DNA of 64,000 bases. It comes from a virus. Numbering within the stretch: the first letter of the stretch is position 1; each line of letters starts with the position of its first letter. Position numbers and translations under genes: made by a program. The stretch is taken from IMG/VR virus record IMGVR_UViG_3300032268_001605, positions 64,001-128,000 of that record; one strand, given 5' to 3'. The notes below the pieces were generated by a model. That model worked only from the letters and a program-made list of their open reading frames with translations, was not told where the DNA came from and did no database searches. Below are positions 9,672 to 19,311 of the stretch, one piece after another.

Positions 9672-9729
9672 ATTAAAATTTATGTTTATATTATTATATA
9701 TTAATATTTTTTGTTGGCTTTTTAATTTT

Positions 9730-11379
9730 TTAATAAAAAATCCATTTTTGTGTACCACAATCGAATATTCTATATATTTTTTTACTTGCCATTATTTCTA
9801 ATTCTGTCATTTCGGGATTAGCTCCTTCTCTAACTAGCTTATCTTTTCTGAAATTGAATCTGTGACTTCTAATTCCATCTATTATATAGAAGTAATTTGG
9901 TTCTGAGTTATGTTCTAAATTAAATCCAAGTTTATAATACATATTCCCATTAGATCTAGAATAATCACTATAACTAATAACTTTATTAGGAATATATTTA
10001 TCTAAAAAATACTTAAATAACTTAGAAGCACCACCAACAACTGTTGTATTTAATTTATTACAAAATCTAAGTAATTCATATGTTCCTTCTTCACTCTTTT
10101 GTCCAAGAGATATTCTTAACTGACCAAATGTCATTAAACTAACTAATTCATCTTCATAAAAAAGTCCAATTTTTATTTTCGATCCAACAAATCCTTGAAT
10201 GTGATTAGTTTCTAAAAATTCTCTAATTAATTTATTATCAGATATTTCCTTAATTCTACAATTTCTGGCAAATATTTTATTAGATGTTTTTTTCAATTTA
10301 TTTAGTATAATTGATTTAACTATATCCTTTTTGAACATCCAATCATCTTCCCATATATGAATTAATTCAATATTTTTCTCTTTACATATATTTGTCTTAT
10401 TAAGGTGATATCTTTTCTCTTTATACAGCTCAGAGTGCCAATATAATCCATTGAATTCAAATGCTATTTTTATATCAGGTAAATAAATATCTAACTCAAT
10501 ATTATCCACAATATTTCTTTTATTTTGTAAAATTTCATTATTATAGTTATCTTTTATGAACTCATAGACTTGTAATTCGGATCCGGATTTGCCAACATTG
10601 TTACATATAGTGCATATTGTTGTGTTGTACTTTTTCCGCATATGATACATATGCCCAGTAATTTTAAAATTATTTTTACAGGACTCACATTTAACTATAT
10701 AGAGCCCTTCCTCATAGTCTATTTCTATTATGTCCGGATTTTTATTTATGAAAATATTTTTTTTTGTGATTTTTGAGGATGATATAATTTTATCTCTTAT
10801 AGATGGAATTTGCATACTATAAGCGGAACCATATTTTTCAATCATTTTTTCTAATGATTTATTTCTTAAAAATTCGTTATGAAGTGAATGTGTAGATCCA
10901 TACAAATGAAACATACTTTGTTCCATTTTATCTCTTATTTCTTTTTTTTGAATTGGATAATTAACCCCGTATCTATCAACATTCGTATTAACTATTTTTT
11001 TCTTAAAGTCATCTAATTTATTAAAATGTCCACCATATTTAGACTCACACGTTTCTTTAAACTTTTTCTTAAAATCATCAGTTTTAGAATAGTGATCTAC
11101 TCCCCATTTTTTATTACTTTTATATGGAATTGAACACTTTATACACCTATATTTACCATCATCGGATTTTTGAACTTGTTTATTATACGCGTTATAAAAA
11201 CATTCCTTTTCTATAAAACAAGAATCACAAGAAACTAAAACCCTCAAATTTGAGGATTTTTTTAAGTGTTCGATTGGTATCTTAATAACATCACCAACTG
11301 ATACATCATAGTTAAGAGTTCTATAATAATTCAATGTAGGACATTGAACTTTAATTTCTAATTCCTTTGTTATAATCAT
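9730..11379 (-). CDS. Free-standing homing endonuclease (Hef-like: KYG repeats, Vsr-like domain, C-terminal GNAT-like domain)
   Basis: KYG/RYG repeats, ELDIYLPD...EFNGLYWH, IHIWEDDW, ELLRFC...GGASKL, YSD....G..Y..LGF, DCG. Confidence 0.85.
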   Translation of the reverse strand: MIITKELEIKVQCPTLNYYRTLNYDVSVGDVIKIPIEHLKKSSNLRVLVSCDSCFIEKECFYNAYNKQVQKSDDGKYRCIKCSIPYKSNKKWGVDHYSKTDDFKKKFKETCESKYGGHFNKLDDFKKKIVNTNVDRYGVNYPIQKKEIRDKMEQSMFHLYGSTHSLHNEFLRNKSLEKMIEKYGSAYSMQIPSIRDKIISSSKITKKNIFINKNPDIIEIDYEEGLYIVKCESCKNNFKITGHMYHMRKKYNTTICTICNNVGKSGSELQVYEFIKDNYNNEILQNKRNIVDNIELDIYLPDIKIAFEFNGLYWHSELYKEKRYHLNKTNICKEKNIELIHIWEDDWMFKKDIVKSIILNKLKKTSNKIFARNCRIKEISDNKLIREFLETNHIQGFVGSKIKIGLFYEDELVSLMTFGQLRISLGQKSEEGTYELLRFCNKLNTTVVGGASKLFKYFLDKYIPNKVISYSDYSRSNGNMYYKLGFNLEHNSEPNYFYIIDGIRSHRFNFRKDKLVREGANPEMTELEIMASKKIYRIFDCGTQKWIFY

Positions 11380-11406
11380 ATATACTTATATTTTATAAGT
11401 ATATAT
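11378..11406 (-). promoter_or_regulatory. 13-bp hairpin sequestering the HEG start codon and containing the putative late promoter
   Basis: Minus strand ATATATACTTATA-AAA-TATAAGTATATAT(G). The last AT belongs to the ATG. Confidence 0.65.
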
Positions 11407-11660
11407 TAGTTTTTATGTTTGTAGTAATATTTGTCAACTGTATAATTTTTAAAATTTTTTATTATGTTGACATTATCGAAAAACATAGAGACTGGTCTTT
11501 GCAATAAATTCAAAAAACGAAACATTAAATCATTATAAAAAAGATATGGTGAAACTGTTTTATTGAGTATGTTTTTCTCATAATCGACAAAGTCTTTTTC
11601 GTCATCGTGTCTATGCTTCATGAAGTGTAATTCAGGGAGGTCTTTTTCTTCGAAATACAT
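11406..11660 (-). CDS. Small protein, probably baseplate-associated
   Basis: 84-aa ORF 3 nt downstream of the wedge gene. Confidence 0.6.
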   Translation of the reverse strand: MYFEEKDLPELHFMKHRHDDEKDFVDYEKNILNKTVSPYLFYNDLMFRFLNLLQRPVSMFFDNVNIIKNFKNYTVDKYYYKHKN

Positions 11661-11663
11661 ATA

Positions 11664-13382
11664 TTATATCTTTTGTTTTTTTGATACATCTACTGTACCT
11701 TTTTTGATTATATTTACAGATTTCAATCCTTTGTCTTCTATGCTATCAGAGTAATAAACATTAGATCTATCGTACCAACCACCCCTAATAACAGGTATTT
11801 CTTGAGCTGTAAAGACAATATCACCTAAAATTGGATCCAAGCCTGGAGTAATTTTTGGATTATAGTTTGGATTTGGCTTGTCTAGTTTGAGAGCTTCCCT
11901 TGTAGCAAATTGATTTCTTTTATTCTCATCTAATGTGATTTGAGCTTTGTGATAATCTTCGTTCTTTTTACTAAGGAAACTAATGTCGACGGAATAAATA
12001 TCAGATATTGAAGAAATTTCTGAAATAATATCACTTTTCGGAACTCTATCCATTCTGTTAAAATTAAGAAAATATTCTGAAATTTTATTGTAAATTTGCG
12101 AGTTTACAGAATTATCTTGAGCATCTGAATAGGTGATGATAAAAATATTTATTATGTAGAATGATAAATTCGGTGAAACAATTTCTACCTTGGATGTCAA
12201 TAAGATATTCCCACCTGTTCTTAGATACTTTAAAATTTTTGATTTCTCATAATTATCCAACTCGAATGCTCTTACATCAATTGAAAAGTAATCAGCATTT
12301 TCGCTTTTGAATAACTTAATATTTGGGGTGGCTGCAACGAATACTGTGCCGTTTTCTGAATAGGCATTTACATGAGAAAATACACCTAATTTCTTGATTT
12401 GGTAAGCAAACTGTTGAGGTAAACCAATAACAAAATTATTACTAGCAATAGGTAAAATATTTTTTGTGAAAGCGGTTGATTCGCTATCGGCACCAAAATT
12501 TATATCATTAAAAAAAGATATATCAAATAAATCAGCCATATCAATCGAGTTACCAAAACCATCGAGGGCATCTTCTACGAAATTCCAATCATTTATTGTT
12601 CTTCTGAAAATAGAACCTGATGAGCCATCACTCACTAGATAATTAACTTCTATTGAAGACCCAACAGTAGGTTTTGCGCCGAACCCACCATTACCAAAAA
12701 TTAAATCTATACCTTTATTGAAACTTGATTTAATAACACAAGCTTTCTCATCCGGTAGGAGTTCGTAAATATGTTTTTTCACAGACCAATACTCACCGTT
12801 GACGAGTACTTCATAGTTGAAGTTTTCTATTTCTCTATTATTTCCCCTGACTGTAATTTGATAAGTTTGGTTTTCGTTTCCGGATCCAGTGAAATTTCTT
12901 CTTTGCCATTCACCTTGTATTATGTCAATTGTAAAACTTGTCATATTTGTTAAATTGTAGGTTATTCTTTCAGAACCTAAATTTATCGAATAGAAAAGCC
13001 CATTCGTTTTATTTTTAAGTAATTGTCTATTTGAAAGTGTGATTCTTCCACCTGGGATATCAGTTCTTATATCAGTAGAGGTTTTTATATTGACTTTGAG
13101 AGTACCGGTGGCACTTATACTCCTTGTTGGGTTATGACCAGCGAAAATTGCCGCATTTCTAATAACTCTGGTGTTGTTTGAATTTGAAGATGATAAGTCG
13201 AATTGGTTTATTGAATTTTTCAAATACAACATAGAAAGTTGAAATAAATTTTCTAAAACCAGCAGTATTTGTCCATAGGGTGAGCTTGTGTCGAAATTGA
13301 CACCAGTTTTAGAAAATTCTTGCCTTAAATATAATTCTATTTGAGCTTTTAAAGTACCAAAACTTATTTCCGTTAAGTTCAT
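11664..13382 (-). CDS. Baseplate wedge protein (T4 gp6-like)
   Basis: N-terminal 'F..LK.....YL', 'A...GHNPTRSISA', 'LIFGNGGFGAKP..GS.IEVNYLVSDG..G'. Confidence 0.8.
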   Translation of the reverse strand: MNLTEISFGTLKAQIELYLRQEFSKTGVNFDTSSPYGQILLVLENLFQLSMLYLKNSINQFDLSSSNSNNTRVIRNAAIFAGHNPTRSISATGTLKVNIKTSTDIRTDIPGGRITLSNRQLLKNKTNGLFYSINLGSERITYNLTNMTSFTIDIIQGEWQRRNFTGSGNENQTYQITVRGNNREIENFNYEVLVNGEYWSVKKHIYELLPDEKACVIKSSFNKGIDLIFGNGGFGAKPTVGSSIEVNYLVSDGSSGSIFRRTINDWNFVEDALDGFGNSIDMADLFDISFFNDINFGADSESTAFTKNILPIASNNFVIGLPQQFAYQIKKLGVFSHVNAYSENGTVFVAATPNIKLFKSENADYFSIDVRAFELDNYEKSKILKYLRTGGNILLTSKVEIVSPNLSFYIINIFIITYSDAQDNSVNSQIYNKISEYFLNFNRMDRVPKSDIISEISSISDIYSVDISFLSKKNEDYHKAQITLDENKRNQFATREALKLDKPNPNYNPKITPGLDPILGDIVFTAQEIPVIRGGWYDRSNVYYSDSIEDKGLKSVNIIKKGTVDVSKKQKI

Positions 13383-13440
13383 ATTGAAATTTATTTTATT
13401 ATATGATATATATAAAAAAACAAACTTCTTTAAATAAAAA

Positions 13441-13971
13441 TTAGAACATCAAATCATAAATTGACTCAGCGTCAAATTCAGGATCAGTTATTTTTAAATC
13501 ATAATAATTATAATCTTTAAAATCTACTAAATCTGATTTTATTCTTCTTTCTATTGAGTCATTGATATCGTTTCTTCTTAGTAGTCGTTTTGTTCTTATA
13601 TCAATCGGTATATCAAGATAAACAACAAAGCACTTTGATAAATCAGCATCTGAAAGTTGCGAAATTTCAAAAGGTGTCATAATAAATAATTGATTTTTTT
13701 CGAAATTATCAACTGTAACACCATAATTCCAAATTTTATCAAATATTTCAAAAGTCTGATAAAATTTTATTTTGTCTTCACATTTTAAACTCGAAAATTC
13801 TTCCACTTCAATAAAATCATAATCCACACCGTCTGTTTCATTTTGTCTTTTTGGTCTTGTTGTAAACTTTGGTGAATACCTTAAACCCTTTTTAATTAAA
13901 CCTCTCCTCAAGAAATCTTTACCACTACCAGATTGACCGACAATAATTAACTTTTCTGTTTTTTCTGTCAT
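13441..13971 (-). CDS. gmk: Guanylate kinase-like protein
   Basis: GQSGSGKD, TTRPKRQNETDGVDYDF, W.YG. Confidence 0.85.
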   Translation of the reverse strand: MTEKTEKLIIVGQSGSGKDFLRRGLIKKGLRYSPKFTTRPKRQNETDGVDYDFIEVEEFSSLKCEDKIKFYQTFEIFDKIWNYGVTVDNFEKNQLFIMTPFEISQLSDADLSKCFVVYLDIPIDIRTKRLLRRNDINDSIERRIKSDLVDFKDYNYYDLKITDPEFDAESIYDLMF

Positions 13972-14016
13972 ATAAAAAACTTTTTTTATTTATATAAGGA
14001 AACTTACAATTAAGTT

Positions 14017-14076
14017 TTAATTATCATATGATATATGTTCGAATATTTCAAACCAAGTAATGACATCAAACTTTAG
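14017..14076 (-). pseudogene. Tiny relic resembling a class I SAM-methyltransferase motif
   Basis: Intergenic frame reads LKFDVITWFEIFEHISYDN*. Confidence 0.3.
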
Positions 14077-14078
14077 AA

Positions 14079-14639
14079 TTATTCCTTGACTTTGGTTACT
14101 TTGTTCAGTTCATCTTTGGAAAATGAATCGAAGCTCATAAGTCTTTTTGGTTTATCAGAACCTTGACCAGCAGTAAAGTCTTGACGTGAAACAAGAGATT
14201 TTAAGTTACTCAACATTTTATTTTTTCGCCTTTTACTGTTACCTTTTCTATTATCAACTGGAATTTTTTGGAAAGCTTTATTCGGACCAGCATTGTATGG
14301 AACACTTACATCACCACTCCCGATTTTACCACCACCAGATGTATAGGCTGGGTCTGATGTAACACCTGCATTATTTGATGGTTGGGCAGCAGTTACAGCA
14401 CCCATTCCACCGAAGGCAGCATTACCATAAGCGACACCACCCCCACCGATTCCTATAGAGGCAGCACCTGAAGAACCTGCTGGTCCACCAGTAGCACTTG
14501 TGTCTTCAAATAATGAAAGGTAATATTCAGATTCACCACAGTCGATTAGAAAGTTTAGTTCTGAGGAGTCTTCATTGTTCATAACCATCTGAGTTCTTAG
14601 ATGATAAAGTTCGTCTAAATTTAAATTTGAGTATTTCAT
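14079..14639 (-). CDS. Gly/Ala-rich hypothetical protein, probably virion-associated
   Basis: Likely start MKYSNL at 14639 after TTTTAATATATA. Low-complexity middle; C-terminal LMSFDSF. Confidence 0.7.
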   Translation of the reverse strand: MKYSNLNLDELYHLRTQMVMNNEDSSELNFLIDCGESEYYLSLFEDTSATGGPAGSSGAASIGIGGGGVAYGNAAFGGMGAVTAAQPSNNAGVTSDPAYTSGGGKIGSGDVSVPYNAGPNKAFQKIPVDNRKGNSKRRKNKMLSNLKSLVSRQDFTAGQGSDKPKRLMSFDSFSKDELNKVTKVKE

Positions 14640-14694
14640 AAATTTATATATTAAAAATTCAATATCAAAAATGTCATTTAGGAATATATATTGC

Positions 14695-15270
14695 ATGATA
14701 AGAAATTTAGAAAACACCAAACTTATAAGGGAATTGAATTATTTGAAATCAGAATATGAATATAAATCAAATTTAATTCAATCCTACAATATTGATTTTT
14801 ATAATTGGATCGAAAAGATTCTCACCCTGAATACAGAGCTGAGAGAAATATACGATAATAAAAAAAGTATTAAATTATCACATAATATACCACCAAACAA
14901 AAGTGATAAATCAATGGAAGAAGAACAACTTACAAATCAGGACTCAAAGCTTAAAGACTTTTATAGAAAAATTGTAAAAGTAACACATCCGGATAAAATA
15001 AATAGTGATAACCTAAACACACTCTATAATGAAGCCAATATGGCTTTTAAAGAAGGTAATAAAATCGATATACTTTTACTCTGTGATAGATTGGGTTTGT
15101 CTTACGAAGTGTCGGATGAAGAAAGAGAGATACTTGGGACTGAAATTAGAGACATTAGAAATAAAATTCTTTACTTGGAATCTTCATATGTTTACCAGTG
15201 GAAACTAACTGAAGATGAGAGTCTAAAAAATAAGGTTGCGCTCAACTACATAAAAAATTTAATTATTTAA
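14695..15270 (+). CDS. J-domain (DnaJ-like) protein
   Basis: LKDFYRKIVKVTHPDK...Y.EAN.AF (HPD motif). Confidence 0.8.
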   Translation: MIRNLENTKLIRELNYLKSEYEYKSNLIQSYNIDFYNWIEKILTLNTELREIYDNKKSIKLSHNIPPNKSDKSMEEEQLTNQDSKLKDFYRKIVKVTHPDKINSDNLNTLYNEANMAFKEGNKIDILLLCDRLGLSYEVSDEEREILGTEIRDIRNKILYLESSYVYQWKLTEDESLKNKVALNYIKNLII

Positions 15271-15910
15271 TGTCGAAGGTAAATTTATTATCATTAATAA
15301 ATTTTTCAAATTCTTCTTTCCTAAAATATTTTTTGAAAGTGTCATTTGCCCTATCTAAGTTCTGTAATTCCCATTCATTTTTGTTTGATGATTGATAAAT
15401 ATAACTTTCATCATCGTGTATAATTTCAATTACCTTAGAGGATAATTTGTCATAAAAACTTTTTATATTCCCAGTAATTTTATAAAGTTTAGTATCTTCC
15501 CATTTACCTAGTGTATCATTCCAAGATTGAAATAAGATATAATCTGGATTTTCTAACTCATTAGCTTCAATTCTATAAATCATTAAGAAGCGACAAGGTT
15601 TATTAACAAAAGTTTCTAAATCATCAGTGGACTGTAAAAATGATTTTTTCAACCCTATGCTTGATAAAGAATTTATAAATTCAATATTGTCGGATAATAT
15701 ATCTAAATTTACTTTATTTTTGTATTCGTCTTTTGGTAAATTGAAAGATTGAAATAAATCTGATTCTTCTGCGCCAATTGATTTTAAAATATTTTCATAG
15801 AATAGATTCAAAGATTCATTTAAATCTAAATTTGAAATAGATGTTTCTGGATATTCTACTGTTATTAAGTAAGATTCAAAAAAACTACTAAAATTTTTTA
15901 AGTGCTTCAT
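15263..15910 (-). CDS. Hypothetical protein with MKHLKNF tag
   Basis: 215-aa ORF divergent from 15970, across a palindromic TATATA element. Confidence 0.75.
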   Translation of the reverse strand: MKHLKNFSSFFESYLITVEYPETSISNLDLNESLNLFYENILKSIGAEESDLFQSFNLPKDEYKNKVNLDILSDNIEFINSLSSIGLKKSFLQSTDDLETFVNKPCRFLMIYRIEANELENPDYILFQSWNDTLGKWEDTKLYKITGNIKSFYDKLSSKVIEIIHDDESYIYQSSNKNEWELQNLDRANDTFKKYFRKEEFEKFINDNKFTFDIK

Positions 15911-15931
15911 TTTATATTTTCAATTAAAATA

Positions 15932-15951
15932 TTTTAATATATATATTAAAA
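15932..15951. promoter_or_regulatory. Palindromic bidirectional putative late promoter (example of a motif seen about 20 times)
   Basis: TTTTAATATATATATTAAAA between divergent genes. The same (T/A)ATATATA core lies near 2351, 9695, 13408, 14645, 20523, 23700, 23994, 26215, 28568, 30625, 36713, 44293, 45454, 49494, 50494, 51720, 57556 and 63119, each shortly upstream of a start codon. Confidence 0.6.
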
Positions 15952-15969
15952 TTAAACAACAGCAATATA

Positions 15970-17391
15970 ATGAAACTTTTCAAAAGCTTTCAACTATTCA
16001 GAGAGTCCTCATTTGTAAATAAAGTACAAGCACAAAATGAAATACAAAAACCTAAAAGTATTTACAAACCTACAAATTTAGTATCAGAAATTTGTGTGTC
16101 TATGATTTTATTGAACAACGAATTCTTAGATAATATTTTAGACAGGGGATTAAAAGCAAGATACTCCGAGAACTCACAAGTTTTTCTTACTGATTTGAAA
16201 AATTTATTGATGGCTAAAAATAGACTTTGTTTAGGTAAACTTGAAAATGATAAATTTGTAGAGGACGTAGAAATCTCAAAAATAAATGGTATATTCGAAG
16301 AGGTTGAGTTTTCTATAGACGAAGATTGGAGTATTTTGAACAGTGCTAGAATCACAGCCAGAAACATTGTAGACAAACTCCTAATGACCGAAAAATTAGA
16401 ATCTGATTTAATTAGAAAGATATATTGGATTGGACCGAATAAAAGTAAAGAGGTTGGCGAAGATATAGTAATCGAAACTGAAGATGGTAAACAATTCGGA
16501 TTCTATCTAAATAAAAATTTAAGCACCACTAAGACTTCTTCATTTCTTACACTAGCTGATGATTTAATCGGAAGCGAGGTAGAACGTTTGTACGGAGAAG
16601 AAATGTTAAAGAAATGGAATAAGCTAGTTCAGAACTGGGTAAGAATTATTTATGATAATTCAAACGAAATGATACAAGCTCAGTTTGAAAAATTTATTCA
16701 ACCGAGTAGATTGGGTGATATCACTTGGTTTGATTACTTTGAAATAAAACATCAAGATCCTAAGTTCAAAAACTTGGGTGAGTATTTCAAAGATTTTGAT
16801 AAAAATATTGTTTACTTCTCTGACTTTTTGGATGAAGTTTGGGATAATAAAGAAAGATATTTCGCATCAGTCGATAAGGCGGTGAAGGAATGGAACGAAA
16901 AGAAGAATTTTCTTTTAAATTCTAAAATTTTGGAACACATCTTGACACAATCAATTCTAAAGACAAATAAATCTGATGTTAAAAAATTGAAAGATGGTAT
17001 GAAATCTGTTTCTGGTAACATCAAGATGAAATTAATTAAAAACATCGTTGAAAAAATGGGTTGTGTTGAGAGGGATATTTATTATTTAGGCAACAAAGGA
17101 AATTCGTTTAATCTACTACCATCAAGGGAATTTTTTAGAGAATTTTACGATTCTATTATTGTTAAATTTGATTATCATGTTAGATTAATAGATTCTGATG
17201 AATTAGAAGATAATAACTTTAAATTCAAAGTTCTTGTTGAGTTAGATGAGAATCCTCTTATTGATTGTATAATAACGGTAAAGTTTACTGGTTCTGAGCT
17301 GAGCAGCAAATTATCCGCTTCTTATAAATTTGAACCAGCTGACAATTTTAATTATTTAGTAACTGAAAAAATGAAAGAATCTGAAAGATGA
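15970..17391 (+). CDS. Hypothetical protein, possibly a degenerate PD-(D/E)XK restriction-endonuclease fold
   Basis: SEICVS...IYWIG...EDIVIETEDGKQFGFYLNK. N-terminal MKLFKSFQLFRES tag. Confidence 0.5.
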   Translation: MKLFKSFQLFRESSFVNKVQAQNEIQKPKSIYKPTNLVSEICVSMILLNNEFLDNILDRGLKARYSENSQVFLTDLKNLLMAKNRLCLGKLENDKFVEDVEISKINGIFEEVEFSIDEDWSILNSARITARNIVDKLLMTEKLESDLIRKIYWIGPNKSKEVGEDIVIETEDGKQFGFYLNKNLSTTKTSSFLTLADDLIGSEVERLYGEEMLKKWNKLVQNWVRIIYDNSNEMIQAQFEKFIQPSRLGDITWFDYFEIKHQDPKFKNLGEYFKDFDKNIVYFSDFLDEVWDNKERYFASVDKAVKEWNEKKNFLLNSKILEHILTQSILKTNKSDVKKLKDGMKSVSGNIKMKLIKNIVEKMGCVERDIYYLGNKGNSFNLLPSREFFREFYDSIIVKFDYHVRLIDSDELEDNNFKFKVLVELDENPLIDCIITVKFTGSELSSKLSASYKFEPADNFNYLVTEKMKESER

Positions 17392-17681
17392 AACATTTAA
17401 GACTTTTTGAAAATTTTGGGGAAGAACTTACATTAGATTATCTAAAGGCTAAATTTCCAATCGAGCTTGATACCAAATATTTAGATTTATTTGGCAGAAA
17501 AAGGTATTATATAAATATCGACGGCGATGTCTATTATTATTCTTTCGATGAAAAAGGGAATCCTAGCTATGGTTATAACAGAATAAAGCAAGTGTTACTT
17601 AATATTTTACAATCAGATAATTTAATTACAGATATTGTTTCTGATACACAATTGATAAAACAATATTTGAAATCTATATGA
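17388..17681 (+). CDS. Hypothetical protein with MKHLRLFENF tag
   Basis: ATGA overlaps at both ends. Confidence 0.75.
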   Translation: MKHLRLFENFGEELTLDYLKAKFPIELDTKYLDLFGRKRYYINIDGDVYYYSFDEKGNPSYGYNRIKQVLLNILQSDNLITDIVSDTQLIKQYLKSI

Positions 17682-18406
17682 AAAAACAATTTATATGGAT
17701 TCATGGATTGCCTGGATCGGGTAAAAGTTTTTTAGCCAATAAGATAAAATCTGAAAATACGGATTTCGCACTTTTAGATGACATTGCTAATATTAGCCAA
17801 ATTCAAAATCTAATGGAAGATGGTGAAAATATAATACTTACTTCACCATACTTTGAAAGTTATTTATTTATAGGTAATAATTTTTTAAAATTAAATCAGA
17901 TTTTAGAAGGTAACAATGATTATGAATTAACTGAGTATTGGTTCGAAAATAATCCAAAAGCTTGTATTGACAATCTTAAAAATAGACAAGAACATCATAT
18001 CAAATCAGATAGTATCATTGGTGAAATATATACATTTTCAAAAAACTATAATATACCAAAAAATGTTGAGGTAATCCCTGTATATCAAAAAATGAAACAT
18101 CTAAAATACTTTGAAAATTTTGGTACTAACTATGATTATGATATGATTTTGAGAATCTTGAAGAAGACAAACGGTTGGGGTAATGGATGTTCACAATACT
18201 TTGATGATTTCGAAAATGATTCAAATTATTTTAACAATCCTGAAGATAGTAGTCTATACGCAAATCAATTTCATGTTTACTTAACAGATTTACAAAATGG
18301 AAGATTGAGAGGTCAGTTTCATAAAGTACCATCGGGTCTGAGAACAGGTATCTGGAAAATGTCTATACCAGTTTATAAACCAGCTACAATACAAAAATAT
18401 TTATAA
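17678..18406 (+). CDS. P-loop kinase-like domain fused in frame to a second MKHLKYFENF-tagged protein
   Basis: GLPGSGKS, LLDD. Internal ATG at 18092 begins MKHLKYFENF. Confidence 0.7.
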   Translation: MKKQFIWIHGLPGSGKSFLANKIKSENTDFALLDDIANISQIQNLMEDGENIILTSPYFESYLFIGNNFLKLNQILEGNNDYELTEYWFENNPKACIDNLKNRQEHHIKSDSIIGEIYTFSKNYNIPKNVEVIPVYQKMKHLKYFENFGTNYDYDMILRILKKTNGWGNGCSQYFDDFENDSNYFNNPEDSSLYANQFHVYLTDLQNGRLRGQFHKVPSGLRTGIWKMSIPVYKPATIQKYL

Positions 18407-18408
18407 TT

Positions 18409-19311
18409 ATGAAATACTTATTCACCTTCGAAAATTTTGATTCTCTAAATGAAGAAAGGGGAAGTGCTCAAGCAGTTAAAACAGTAGTGAGGGATATTAT
18501 TTATTTTGTTAAGGATAATGCGTATGGTAGATTCTCACTTCCTTATCACGCATTGACCGATGCTGAAGCCAAAAAGGCGGCAGATCCTAATAGAAAACCA
18601 AAAATGAAAGGTGGTAAATTTCATTATATACCCCCTCGCCCTATTAAAACAAGACTTCAAATGGTGGGTTCAAGCTTTGTTAGGGAAGTTCCGAAAGACG
18701 TAGAAGATGAGAGCGAGTACTATTACGGGATGCCGGATGCTGGATATGAAGACGAGGATGATGACAACACTGAATTACTTTCAACACATAAATATGTTTT
18801 TAATGATTTTCCAGTAAAATTCTCGGTTGAGTTAACAATTCAACATAATAAGAAAATAAAAGGATTTAGAATCAATGCTTCAGCAGGAAGTCATTACAGA
18901 CTAGAAAAGGGGGATAGAGTCGCTTACTATGATATCCAAGTAGAAATACAAAGAAATTTCCAAGAGGACATAAAGCCACACTTATATGAAATGGTTGGTG
19001 AACTCAATATAGATATAGCTCATGAAATGGAACATCTTCTGCAAGAGTATTATGGTGAAGAGTTCGACAGAGATGAAGATGCGACTGGATTTACTTACTA
19101 CACATTGCCAGATGAATTACCAGCACAAGTTGTTGGATTCAAAAGATTATTTGATTTAAAAAGAGTTAGGGACAAATCAGTTAAATTTGAAGATATTGTT
19201 AGACAGTGGTTCATCAAACAACGATATATTTCCAAACTCAGAAGGAATGAAGAGGAGGAAGTCATCAAAAATATTGTTGATGAATTTAAGTCTAAGTTTG
19301 ATCGACTGTAA
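18409..19311 (+). CDS. Putative zincin-like metallopeptidase
   Basis: IAHEMEHLLQ (HExxH) followed by YY..PDELPA. N-terminal MKYLFTFENF tag. Confidence 0.65.
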   Translation: MKYLFTFENFDSLNEERGSAQAVKTVVRDIIYFVKDNAYGRFSLPYHALTDAEAKKAADPNRKPKMKGGKFHYIPPRPIKTRLQMVGSSFVREVPKDVEDESEYYYGMPDAGYEDEDDDNTELLSTHKYVFNDFPVKFSVELTIQHNKKIKGFRINASAGSHYRLEKGDRVAYYDIQVEIQRNFQEDIKPHLYEMVGELNIDIAHEMEHLLQEYYGEEFDRDEDATGFTYYTLPDELPAQVVGFKRLFDLKRVRDKSVKFEDIVRQWFIKQRYISKLRRNEEEEVIKNIVDEFKSKFDRL

